Source: a virus. Taken from it: a stretch of 64,000 nucleotides of DNA. Position 1 is the first letter of the stretch; each line of letters begins with the position of its first letter. Under the pieces are notes generated by a model. The model searched no databases. It saw nothing but the letters and a program-made list of their open reading frames with translations, and was not told the DNA's origin. A program made the position numbers and the translations under genes. This document shows positions 9,422-19,900 of this stretch, piece after piece. The stretch covers positions 4,415-68,414 of IMG/VR virus record IMGVR_UViG_3300020045_001394, one strand, 5' to 3'.

Positions 9422-10102
9422 ATGCAAACGAACTACAGTCACAGAAAACCAATCTACGGTTTTGGAATCAATGATTCCGACTATTTTGTAGCTACACAGG
9501 GACCAACTAGGAACTCTAGCGTGCTCTGCCCATACTACAAAAGATGGCACAATATGATGTATCGGGTATTCAATAATAAGAATACAGGACCATATGCATC
9601 CTACATTGATACAACAGTGAATGAAAGCTTTAAATACTTTATGGATTTTCGTAGGTGGGCAGAGCAGCAAGGATTCAGTCCCGAAAATCGTCACCTAATT
9701 GATTTGGATAAAGATATTCTCTTCCCTGGAAACAACGAGTATTCTTCTGATAAGTGTGCATTTGTAATTCAGAGAGTCAACAAGATTATCTCTACATCTT
9801 ATGGTACTCGCGGAGAGCTTCCTATCGGGGTTAGGTTTGAGGTTAGGTCTAATAGGTACACAGCTAAACTTCAAATCAATGGAAAGTCAAAATACCTTGG
9901 TACGTACCTTACAGAAGAACAAGCCCACAAAGCTTGGCAATTAGCTAAAGCTGATTATATGGAAGATTCTATTGCTAACTACGAACAAGAGTCAGAGAGT
10001 ATTGGTCTTGTTTATAGACCAGATGTAGTAGAAGCAATTTTAAAACGATCTACACTTCTCAGAGATGCTGCTGAAAGTGGAAAGATCATTAATAGTTTAT
10101 AA
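9422..10102 (+). CDS. Free-standing homing endonuclease-like protein (HNH-type, AP2-like C-terminus)
   Basis: YKRWHNM..R, LDKDIL.PGN..YS...C.F, and LPIGV...KSKYLGTY.T.E.A motifs; inserted between tail tube and chaperone genes. Confidence 0.8.
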   Translation: MQTNYSHRKPIYGFGINDSDYFVATQGPTRNSSVLCPYYKRWHNMMYRVFNNKNTGPYASYIDTTVNESFKYFMDFRRWAEQQGFSPENRHLIDLDKDILFPGNNEYSSDKCAFVIQRVNKIISTSYGTRGELPIGVRFEVRSNRYTAKLQINGKSKYLGTYLTEEQAHKAWQLAKADYMEDSIANYEQESESIGLVYRPDVVEAILKRSTLLRDAAESGKIINSL

Positions 10103-10113
10103 GGAGAAGCCAC

Positions 10114-10494
10114 ATGGCTAAGAAATTCGTAATCGCTGTAGCCCCAACATTCAAATCTAAAGTAAGCATCCCCCGTGTTGGTGGTGATCCTTTAGAAGTA
10201 GAATTTGTATTCAAAGCTAAGTCTCGTAAAGAGCTGGCTACTCTGTTCTCAAAATGGGGTAAAGAGTTTGAGGAGCTACGAGAATCTGGTACAGACTTTA
10301 CCCTTGAAGATTGGGCTGAAGCAGAGATTGCTTTGCAAGTAGGACAAGTTAAGGATATTGTTATTGGCTGGAACTTTGATGATGAATTTAATGATGAGAA
10401 TATTGAAGCTCTTGTAAACAGCTCTATCTCTGTCACCGAAGCTATCACTAATGCTTACAATTCTGCATATGTAAGCGCCCGCCAGGGAAACTAG
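10114..10494 (+). CDS. Tail assembly chaperone (gpG-like)
   Basis: PTFK..V.IP and IGWNFDDEFNDENI motifs; ends in the slippery sequence G GGA AAC TAG. Confidence 0.85.
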   Translation: MAKKFVIAVAPTFKSKVSIPRVGGDPLEVEFVFKAKSRKELATLFSKWGKEFEELRESGTDFTLEDWAEAEIALQVGQVKDIVIGWNFDDEFNDENIEALVNSSISVTEAITNAYNSAYVSARQGN

Positions 10495-10826
10495 TTAGCA
10501 CTGCCCATGCCATGTATGAGAAAGATGTTGATGAACACCAAGCAGCATTGTTTGGTATGAAGCTAGATGAAATCCCTCCAGAGATTATTGAAGTGTGGGA
10601 TATTAACTGGCCTTCTTTCTCTGTCTTCCATTCCATGAATACACAGTGGCGTACAAGTGGTATGGGTGGTGCTATTGGTTTAGATTATACAGCTATCACT
10701 CCTGTAGCTAAAATGCTTGGATATAAGAAAAAACAAATACAAGACATGTTCCCTGACATTCAAGTGATGGAGAACGAAGCTCTTATCACAATGGGGGAGA
10801 ATAGTAAAGATGCCAACAATAGCTGA
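10485..10826 (+). CDS. -1 frameshift extension of the tail chaperone (gpGT-like, DUF1799-like)
   Basis: The -1 frame from G10485 reads GKLVSTAHAMYEKD... with no stop and is in frame with ORF 10512-10826; TQWR..GM...GLDY motif. Confidence 0.85.
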   Translation, partial: GKLVSTAHAMYEKDVDEHQAALFGMKLDEIPPEIIEVWDINWPSFSVFHSMNTQWRTSGMGGAIGLDYTAITPVAKMLGYKKKQIQDMFPDIQVMENEALITMGENSKDANNS

Positions 10827-13800
10827 ACTTGAGATACGGGTAGACAGTACTCCTCTTGAGAGAGGAACTAAAGCCTTAAATGATTTTGCACAAGCTAGTG
10901 AGAAAGCAGCCTCTGCTAACGAAAAGAAGAAGTCGTCTGATGATAAGTTAGCTTCATCTTCTAAGCAAGTGGCAGATACGGCTGAGAGTGCTGCTAAGTC
11001 TACAGAGAAGCAAAGTAAAGAGCTTGAAACCCTTCTTGGTAAGATTGACCCAATCACTAAAAAGCTGAATGATCTTGCTAAACAAGAAGCTGCTCTCTTT
11101 GCTAATAAAGGTAATATCAGCACAGCAGCATTTGATGCCTATAATACTAAGCTACAAGAATCTGTAGATAAACTAGCTGGAGTAGGTGTTGCTCAGAGAC
11201 AAGCATCTGCTGGAACAGAAGGTGTACCAGATAGACTTAAAGCTGTTGCACAAGCTGCATTTGACGCTGCTACAGCTCAAGAAAGGCTTACAACAGCTAC
11301 AAAGGGTGCTAGTGAGGCTGAACAAGGGATCGTCAGTTCTGGTGCTGTAAGTGCTGCTAATAGCCGTGCTGATGCCGCTCTAAAAGAGTATGAAGCTAAG
11401 AGACAGCTTGCTCAAGGAACTAAAGGAGCTGCTGATGCTGAAAGAGGTCAAGTATCTGCTCTAAGTGATCTTCTTGCTAAGATTGATCCGTCTATTTCTA
11501 AACTTAATGAGCTTGATCGTCTTCAGAAAGAATTAGCTAAACAGAAGAGTTCCGGTGCCATTGGTGGTGAAGACTTTGAGAAATATAATGGCATTCTAGA
11601 AAGAAGCCGTACCACTCAAATAAAGTATAATGATGCTCTTCAAACTACAGGCAAGACAGCTAAAGAAACAGCATTTGCTCTACGTGGGCTCCCTGCCCAG
11701 TTTACAGACATTGTAGTATCCCTTCAAGGGGGACAAGCTCCTTTCACCGTTCTACTGCAACAAGGCGGACAGATTAAGGATACATTTGGTGGTATTGTCC
11801 CGGCATTTAAAGCTGTGGGTGGTGCTCTCCTTGGGTTGATTAACCCGCTGACAGTGGCTGGTGTGGCTCTTGCTGCTGTAAGTTATTATGCTTATCAGGG
11901 CAGCCAAGAACTCACTAATTTCAATAAAGCTGTTGTAGCATCTGGTGGATTCTCTGGTACATCCACTGCACAGTTTGTAGCTTATCAGAATCAGATTGCC
12001 GGTGTTACTGGCACAGCCACACAAGCAGCAGAAGCTCTCCTTGCACTTGAAGCCTCTGGTAAAATCGTTGGCGATAACTTTGTAGCAATTGGTACTGCTG
12101 CTGTAGCCTTTCAGAAAGCCACTGGGCAGGCAATCCAAGCAACTGTTGACGATTTTGCATCTCTCGCAAAAGATCCTGTTAATGCTGTTGTTACTCTTGA
12201 TGATAAATATAAGTTCCTTACAGCATCTGTTCTAACACAGATTAATGCCCTCAAGGAACAAGGTGATACTTCTGGTGCTGTAACACTGGCTCAAGCTGAA
12301 ATGGCTAAGGGTGTTCAAGACTTAGCAGACAAGACAATACAGAATTTAGGGACTGCTGAGAGGGCATGGAAAGGCTTTAAAGACGCCGTTCTCGGAGCAG
12401 GCAGTGCTCTAGCTTCTATCGGTAGAGATGATCCTGGGGCGGAATTAGCTAGTAATCAAGCCCTTCTGGCTCGCACTAAAACTAGGCTCCAAGAGGGCAA
12501 CCTTCTAGCTAGTGGACTTTCTGATGCTGAGGTTGAGAAGAATCCAGCTTATATCTATATAAAAGCTCAAGTAGAACAAGCTCAAAAACTTGTAGATCTT
12601 AAGAATCAAGAAGCTGAGAAAGAAGCTGAGATTACTCGCAGTAGACAAGCTGCTGTATCAGCTACATCACGTCAAATTGCTGGTGCAGAAGCTGCTAAAT
12701 CTCCTGTAGAAAAAGCCCAAAAGGCTTTGACAGACGCTAATAGGGATCAGGAAAAGATCCTTACAGACGCAGCCACAAGAGGTGTAGAGCTTACAGCAGA
12801 GCAGCTTAATAACTATACAGTTTACAAAGCAGCCCTTGAACGTAAACTATCTGATGCAGTTAAAGCAGAAGAAAACAAGAGTAAGACTAAATCCTCTCCT
12901 GTAGATAATACACAAATACAGGAAGTAAAGAATAATCTTGATTCTATCAAATCTGAGTATTCTAATTACTACAAGGAAGTAACAGCACTTGGTGAGGCTA
13001 ACATTGTCTCTCGTGCTGCTACATATGCATCTCAGAAGTCTATTCTTGAAGCTGAGGCTAAGGCTGTTGATGATGCTTATGAACAACAGATTGCTGCTAT
13101 TAAGCGTCTCCAAGGTAATAAATCTAATTCTGCTCAAGCGAATATCTCTCTTAATAACCAACTCAATAAAGCTGAATCAGATAGAGCTAAAGCTGCTGAA
13201 GAGAATGACTCTAAGCAAGAAGTATTAGCCACTAAAGAGAAAGGTCGTATTGATGCTCGTACAGCTTCTATTGAAGCTTATAATGATGCATTAAAACAAC
13301 AGATTGAGAATACAGCCGTAAGTGGTGAAAGACAAGCTGCTGCTGTTGGCAAAGGAGACAGGCAAGGTAGAGTAGATGAAGCTCTAGCAGACAACGATAG
13401 ATCTTATGCTAAAGATCAAGCTAAACTTGCAAAGTCTCTTAGTAATGGGATGGACCCTGAAGAGTATGCTACTAACCTCAAGAACCTAACTGCTGCTCAT
13501 ACGGCAATGGCAGACCAGATTGTAGCTAACGATGCTCGCATTCAAGAGGCTAACGCAGACTGGACTAATGGCTTTACAAAAGCTATTCAGAATGCTGCTG
13601 ATGAAGGTAATAACTTTGCTGATTCTGTAAACAGAGCAGTAAGTGGTGCCTTTGATAGCATGGGTGAAGCTCTTGGTACATTTGTTACTACAGGTAAGCT
13701 AAACTTTAGCGAGCTAACTAGAAGTATCCTTGTTGACCTAGCTAAAATTGCAGCAAGACAGGCAGCTAGTAGTGCATTGAGTAGTTTGTTTGGTTTAGCA

Positions 13801-14292
13801 TCTACCGCCGCCAGTGCATACTTTGGTGGTGCTGGAGCAGGTGCAACATCCTCTGCCGGATCTACTGCAGCTGGATACAGTAGTACATACTTCCCTCAAG
13901 CTAAAGGTGGTGCTTGGGATAGCGGGACTAAGTTCTTTGCACAAGGTGGAGCATTCACTAACAGTATCGTATCCAATCCTACAGCCTTTGGTATGTCAGG
14001 TGGTGGTACTGGTGTAATGGGCGAAGCTGGTCCTGAAGCTATTGTCCCTCTTGCTAGGTCTTCTGATGGCTCTCTTGGTGTACGTCTTGTTGGTAGTAGT
14101 ACTGGAGCATCTGGTTCTGCTGTTAACGTTTATGTAAATGTATCCTCTGATGGTACTAGCTCTTCCTCTGATAGTCCTGCATACGAGGGCTTCGGTAAAG
14201 AGCTTGCTGACTTTGTAGACACTAGAGTTAATAGTCTTTTGAATAAAGGGCTCAAAGATGGTGGACAAATCAATAGAGCAATCAAAGGATAG
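10810..14292 (+). CDS. Tape measure protein (lambda gpH-like)
   Basis: 1160 aa, Ala-rich and helical; LPAQFTDIVVSLQGGQ and MGEAGPEAIVPL motifs. Confidence 0.95.
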   Translation: MPTIAELEIRVDSTPLERGTKALNDFAQASEKAASANEKKKSSDDKLASSSKQVADTAESAAKSTEKQSKELETLLGKIDPITKKLNDLAKQEAALFANKGNISTAAFDAYNTKLQESVDKLAGVGVAQRQASAGTEGVPDRLKAVAQAAFDAATAQERLTTATKGASEAEQGIVSSGAVSAANSRADAALKEYEAKRQLAQGTKGAADAERGQVSALSDLLAKIDPSISKLNELDRLQKELAKQKSSGAIGGEDFEKYNGILERSRTTQIKYNDALQTTGKTAKETAFALRGLPAQFTDIVVSLQGGQAPFTVLLQQGGQIKDTFGGIVPAFKAVGGALLGLINPLTVAGVALAAVSYYAYQGSQELTNFNKAVVASGGFSGTSTAQFVAYQNQIAGVTGTATQAAEALLALEASGKIVGDNFVAIGTAAVAFQKATGQAIQATVDDFASLAKDPVNAVVTLDDKYKFLTASVLTQINALKEQGDTSGAVTLAQAEMAKGVQDLADKTIQNLGTAERAWKGFKDAVLGAGSALASIGRDDPGAELASNQALLARTKTRLQEGNLLASGLSDAEVEKNPAYIYIKAQVEQAQKLVDLKNQEAEKEAEITRSRQAAVSATSRQIAGAEAAKSPVEKAQKALTDANRDQEKILTDAATRGVELTAEQLNNYTVYKAALERKLSDAVKAEENKSKTKSSPVDNTQIQEVKNNLDSIKSEYSNYYKEVTALGEANIVSRAATYASQKSILEAEAKAVDDAYEQQIAAIKRLQGNKSNSAQANISLNNQLNKAESDRAKAAEENDSKQEVLATKEKGRIDARTASIEAYNDALKQQIENTAVSGERQAAAVGKGDRQGRVDEALADNDRSYAKDQAKLAKSLSNGMDPEEYATNLKNLTAAHTAMADQIVANDARIQEANADWTNGFTKAIQNAADEGNNFADSVNRAVSGAFDSMGEALGTFVTTGKLNFSELTRSILVDLAKIAARQAASSALSSLFGLASTAASAYFGGAGAGATSSAGSTAAGYSSTYFPQAKGGAWDSGTKFFAQGGAFTNSIVSNPTAFGMSGGGTGVMGEAGPEAIVPLARSSDGSLGVRLVGSSTGASGSAVNVYVNVSSDGTSSSSDSPAYEGFGKELADFVDTRVNSLLNKGLKDGGQINRAIKG

Positions 14293-14423
14293 GAATCATC
14301 TATTGATGTATTTGATTCTATTGACAAACACTATAGATACATAGTAACATAGCAATACAGAGGGAGGAACGGTATACATCCCTGTATATTCTTGTTCCTC
14401 CCTTATTTATTTCAGGAGATGAA

Positions 14424-14780
14424 ATGGCTACTCAGACTTTTACGTGGAGGGTAGAGAATTCCCTAACACCAACAATCAAATATGAAGTTGATGAAGTACA
14501 GTTTGGTAATGGATATAAACAAGTAAGCTCTGATGGTGTGAATAACAAGACTGAACAATATGCAATTCGCGTGCATGCTCGTACAGAAGAAGCTAAAGTG
14601 ATTATGGCTTTCTTTGATGCACACGCAGGCAGGCGTAGTTTCTTCTGGACTCCTCCGCTTGGTACTCTTGGACTCTACACTTGTTTAGATCCTAATCCTA
14701 CAGAGCAAGGTGGTGGATTGTATGTAATCACAGGAACATTTGTGAAGTCATATGCAAGTCTTAGTGGAGGTACTCAATAA
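14424..14780 (+). CDS. Distal tail protein (lambda gpM-like)
   Basis: QFGNGYKQ...DG.N and SFFWTPP motifs. Confidence 0.9.
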   Translation: MATQTFTWRVENSLTPTIKYEVDEVQFGNGYKQVSSDGVNNKTEQYAIRVHARTEEAKVIMAFFDAHAGRRSFFWTPPLGTLGLYTCLDPNPTEQGGGLYVITGTFVKSYASLSGGTQ

Positions 14781-15517
14781 TGGCTCAAGAAGATATTGTT
14801 GAAGTAATCCAGAAGCTAGAGCCTGGAGCTAAGGTAAGGTTGATTGAAGTAGATTGTACAGAGTTCCAAGGGGACATTCTGCGCTTTCATAACTATAATG
14901 TCCCTCATACAGAGGCCGAATTGTTAGCTGCTCAAGCATCAGGAATGGATATTCCAGCTAAGACTATTCTTTGGCAAGGTAATGAATATGCCTGCTGGCC
15001 TTATCAGCTAGAAGGCGTAGAGATGGACGGTACAGGTAGTAGTCCTTCCCCTACTCTCACTGTAGCCAACCTTGATGGCTCTATTAGCTCTCTTTGCTTG
15101 CAGCTACAGAACTTATTCAAAGCTCGTGTCACTGAGCATCTTACATTCGAGCAATACTTGGATGGTGGCAGTGACGCTGACCCAGAAATGGAATACACAC
15201 AAACTTGGTACATCACAAGAAAGACTTCTGAGAATAAGAAGACTGTAGCCTTTGAACTATCCTCTCCAGCAGATCTTACAGGACAGAAACTACCTCGTAG
15301 ACAAATCTACTCAGTATGCCATTGGGCTCTAAACAATGGATATCGTGGGCCTGATTGTGGTTGGACTGGAAACGTATTCTTTACAGATAAAGGTGTCCCC
15401 ACAGACAACCCAGCAGAGGACTCTTGTGGCGGCTTATGTCTTGATTGCAAGCTGAGATTTGGAGAAGAGGCAGAACTTCCTTTTGGTGGATTCATTGCAA
15501 GTAGCCTTATTACATAA
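14780..15517 (+). CDS. Tail tip protein (lambda gpL-like)
   Basis: WQGNEY, FELSSP.D, C.W...YRGPDC and C..C.LRFG...LPFGGF motifs. Confidence 0.92.
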   Translation: MAQEDIVEVIQKLEPGAKVRLIEVDCTEFQGDILRFHNYNVPHTEAELLAAQASGMDIPAKTILWQGNEYACWPYQLEGVEMDGTGSSPSPTLTVANLDGSISSLCLQLQNLFKARVTEHLTFEQYLDGGSDADPEMEYTQTWYITRKTSENKKTVAFELSSPADLTGQKLPRRQIYSVCHWALNNGYRGPDCGWTGNVFFTDKGVPTDNPAEDSCGGLCLDCKLRFGEEAELPFGGFIASSLIT

Positions 15518-15540
15518 CAGCAATAAAGGAGAATTTAAGA

Positions 15541-16383
15541 ATGGCAGTAAATAGTAGTAACAGTATTCCAAAGAAACTAAAGAGGGCTACGGTTAATGCC
15601 ATTCTTAAACATGCTAAAGAAGGCTACCCAGAAGAGATTTGTGGAGTTGTAGTTATCACAGACGATAAGAAAGAAGAGCTGTATGTTCGTTGTGAGAATA
15701 TTGCAACAGACAAAACTAAAGACTTCAAGCTAGGTCCGGCTTCTTTTGCAGATGCTGATGATCTTGGGGAGATTGTAGGTATTGTCCATAGTCATCCAGA
15801 CAGTACAACAACACCTAGCTCATATGACCTTGCTGTGATGAGCGCAAACCGAGATATTGAACTACAAATAGACCCTCAAAGCAACGCAATCCCTTGGCAC
15901 ATAGTAAGCTGGCCCGAAGGTGATTATCGTCAAATAGTGCCTGAAAAACGTGAGGAATTACTAGGTCGCCCATTCGTTCACGGCTTCTGGGATTGCTGGC
16001 AAGTGTGCTCTGACTACTACAGTAAGTATCATGGTCTTAAGTTTGAAAGATTCCAGAGAGAAGATTTGTGGTGGGAGAATAAAGAAGGACCGTCCTTGTA
16101 TGAAGACTCCTATGAGAAGGCAGGCTTTGAACTTGTGACAGTACCTCGTCCTGGGGATATGATTGTTATGCAGATTGGTAAGTCGTATCATCCTAATCAT
16201 GCTGGTATCTATCTTGGAACCACACAAGAATTTGAGGGTAGAGGATTACATGGTGGCCCTTTCATGCTACATCACATGTACGGAAAGAACAGTGAGATTA
16301 TTGTCTATGGTGGTCAGTGGTCACAAAGAACAAGAATTATCCTGAGACATAAGGATATAAAGAATATCCCTCAAGGAGTTTAG
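15541..16383 (+). CDS. Tail tip assembly protein (lambda gpK-like; JAB + NlpC/P60)
   Basis: HA....PEE.CG, VHSHPD, GRPFVHG..DCW and NHAGIYLG motifs. Confidence 0.92.
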   Translation: MAVNSSNSIPKKLKRATVNAILKHAKEGYPEEICGVVVITDDKKEELYVRCENIATDKTKDFKLGPASFADADDLGEIVGIVHSHPDSTTTPSSYDLAVMSANRDIELQIDPQSNAIPWHIVSWPEGDYRQIVPEKREELLGRPFVHGFWDCWQVCSDYYSKYHGLKFERFQREDLWWENKEGPSLYEDSYEKAGFELVTVPRPGDMIVMQIGKSYHPNHAGIYLGTTQEFEGRGLHGGPFMLHHMYGKNSEIIVYGGQWSQRTRIILRHKDIKNIPQGV

Positions 16384-16384
16384 T

Positions 16385-16960
16385 ATGGCTAGCGTTAGTA
16401 CAGAGTATTGGGTGGAAGTTAGGCTTGGGGGTTATCTTAGAAAGTTAGGCAGGAGCCACAAGTTCCTTGTAAGCAAAGGAAGCGAAGCCATTAAAGCTAT
16501 GAGACTACAAGTGGATGGCTTCGCTAAAGCTATGGAAGAGTCTGAGAGTAAAGGTGTACGTTTTGCTGTATTTAATGGTAAACACAATATCAAATCAACA
16601 GACGAATTTGATATTGGAAAGAAGTCTATCATTAGAATTCTCCCAGTGTATGAAGGTAGTAAGAGGGCTGGACTATTCCAGACTATTCTAGGTGTAGCAT
16701 TTCTTGTAATCGGCTATTTTACAGGTGGTAGTACATACACCCTCGGTATTTCTCTCCTATTAGGTGGCGTAGCTCAAATGCTTACACCACAAGCGCAAGG
16801 ATTAAAGACTAAGGAGGATGTTGAGAACAAAGCATCTTATGCTTTTGGTGGTCCGGTAAATACTACAGCACAAGGAAATCCTATTGGTGTTCCTTATGGA
16901 GAGCGTGAAGTTGGTGGTGCTATTATCTCTGCGGGCATCCTTGCAGAGGATCAATTGTAA
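16385..16960 (+). CDS. Tail assembly protein (lambda gpI-like)
   Basis: GSKRAGLFQTILG and SYAFGGPVNTTAQG motifs. Confidence 0.92.
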   Translation: MASVSTEYWVEVRLGGYLRKLGRSHKFLVSKGSEAIKAMRLQVDGFAKAMEESESKGVRFAVFNGKHNIKSTDEFDIGKKSIIRILPVYEGSKRAGLFQTILGVAFLVIGYFTGGSTYTLGISLLLGGVAQMLTPQAQGLKTKEDVENKASYAFGGPVNTTAQGNPIGVPYGEREVGGAIISAGILAEDQL

Positions 16961-16969
16961 GGAGAGAAT

Positions 16970-19900
16970 ATGCAGGATTTAGAGAAAGAGTATGGTGCTA
17001 AGTTTAATGCTTATGTTCCTGTCCATGAAGGGTCTAAAGGTGGGCAAGAGGAAGCACATACTCCAGTGGAAACACCAAACAACCTCCAGTCTGTAGCGTA
17101 TGCTAAAGTGCTTGTTGCTGTTGGTGAAGGAGAGCTTGCTGGTACTCCTACAGGCAGAGATATTTATCTGAATGGTACACCACTTATTGGTCCCGGTGGT
17201 GAAGAGAACTTTGGTGGCGTTACTTGGGAGTGGAGAAGCGGTACTGTTGACCAGCCTTATATTCAAGGGAATCCAGAAGTAAGTAATGAGACTACAATTA
17301 ACTTCTCTCTTAAGTATGATACACCTTGGGTGAGACAGATTACTAAAGTATCTTTGTCTGCTGTGCGTGTAACACTTAACTTCCCAGCACTACAGCAACA
17401 ACTTACAAATGGTGATACAGTAGGGTATTCAATTAACTACGCTATTGATATTGCAACAGATGGTGGGCCTTTCGTCACTTATCAGAACTATACAGTTAGT
17501 GGTAAAACAAACAGTGCATATGAGAGAACCCACAGAGTTAACTTGCCAAAGAATCCATCTTCCGGCTGGACTATCCGAGTAAGACGAACCACTGTAGACA
17601 GTACAAGCTCTTCTGTGCAAGATAGCATGTCTGTTAAGAGCTTCACTGAGGTTGTGGATGCAAAGCAACGCTATCCAAATACAGCTCTCTTGTTTGTTCA
17701 GTTTGATTCGCGTCTGTTTGGGGGCGGAAGTATTCCAGCTATCTCTGTCAAGGTGAAAGGGCGTATTATCCGTGTACCGAGTAACTATGATCCAGAGACA
17801 CGCACCTATTCTGGTGTTTGGTCAGGAGATTTCAAGTGGGCTTGGACAGATAATCCCGCTTGGGTATTTCTTGATATCGTCACCAATGAAAGATTTGGTC
17901 TTGGTAATCGAGTTAATTTAAACCAAGTAAGTAAGTGGGATCTTTATGAAGTGTCCCAATACTGTGACGTAATGGTAGATGATGGGAAAGGTGCTGGTAC
18001 TCTTGAACCTCGCCATACATGTAATGTCTATCTACAAAGTGAAACAGATGCTTGGCAAGTGCTGAGAGATATCTGTAGCATCTTTAATGGCATGACATAT
18101 TGGAATGGTAACGAATTTATTGCTATTGCTGATAAAGAAGAGTCCATTGATAACATCCCAACATTCTCTCGTGCTGATGTTGTAGAAGGGAATTTTGATT
18201 ATCAAGCAACAGATGAGAGAAGTATTTATACCTCTGCTCTTGTTAGTTATGATGAGCCAACAAACCACTATGGTACACAAGTGGAGGCTGTATGGGAAAA
18301 GGCTGAGATTCTTCGTTGGGGTGGGGATAGACAGACTAAACTCTCTGCCATCGGCTGTACCTCTCGCGGTGAAGCACAGCGTAAGGGTAAATACAACCTT
18401 CTGACAAACCTCTATAACCGTACTGTAACATTCAAGACTGGTTTGCAAGGTCTTAATTCTAAAGTACAACCGGGTAAGATTATTGGTGTAGCTGACCCTC
18501 TTATTGCTGGTAAGCCATTTACTGGTAGGCTTAAATCTGGCACTGTCACTGTCGTCACTCTTGATCGCGCTACAGAGGCTAAATCTGGGGATCGTCTGTT
18601 CGTTGCACTGAGAGATGGCACACAACAAGCTAGGACAATTGATCAAGTACAGGGTAGTGTTGTTACAGTTAGTACGGCTTATTCAGAAGTGCCAATGGCT
18701 AATGCTATCTGGTATCTTGAAGCATCTGATCTTAAGAACCAGTTGTTCAAAGTAACTAAACTTGTTCACTCTGGTAATGGCGTTTATGAGGTGACAGGTG
18801 TAGAATATAATCAAAGTAAGTTTGCTGCTATTGATAATGGAGCTAGACTTGAATCTAGACCAGTCAGTAAAGTACCTCCTGCTTTCTTAAATCCTCCATC
18901 TCCTATTACTGTGACAGCAGCTTCATTTATTGAACAGACCCTTGCTGTTACCACAATGACAGCTTCTTGGGCTGCTGTACAGAATGCTGTTCTTTACGAA
19001 GGACAGTACAAGATTGGACAAGGGGATTGGATTACACTAGGTACTACCGGTGCTCAAGAGTTCAACGTCCGTGGTATCTATACTGGCGAATATGTTGTTC
19101 GTGTAAGATCAATCAATGCTCTTGGTATTAAGAGTCTCTGGGGGCTGAGCAGCACTACGCCGCTGGAGGGTAAAGCAGGTGCCCCACCGTCTCTTGCATC
19201 TCTTACTATTACTCCACTTATCTTTGGACAAAGACTCAATTGGTCTTTCCTGCCAGGATCAGAGGACGTTGCTCGTACAGAGATTTATCAGAGCACTACA
19301 CCAAGTTTTGCTCTTGCTACAAAGCTGGGAGACTTTGCCTATCCTCAGATCACTCATGATATTAACGGATTAGCCGCTGGTGTTACATTCTACTATTGGG
19401 CTCGCCTAATTGATCGTACTGGTAATATTGGACCATTTATACCATTAAGCACATTAAATGGTGTACAAGGCATTTCAAGTAACAATGCCGCTGACTATGA
19501 AGTGTACTTTAGTGGGCAGATTAAGAATAGTTCTCTTGGACAAAATCTAGCAGATCGTATTGATCTGATTGATGGGGATGGTCCTGGCTCCGTAAATGAA
19601 CGAATTAGTCATCTTACTGATGCTTTAGAATGGAATGAAACTTCTACGTATCTTGCTGGAGATACAGTAAGAGTAGGGCAGAGACTCTACCAGGCTAAGA
19701 TAAATGTTCCAGTTAATACTTCTCCACCGAATGAGACCTATTGGCAAGACATTGGTACTATCACTCAAACTGTGAATGCTCTTGCTTTGCAAGTGACGCA
19801 GAACACAACCAAGATCGAAGAAGTAGATGGTCGTCTAACTGCTACAGCTTCTCAGCTTACAGCATTGCGTGCTCAATATCGTAATGATAATGGGGAAGGT

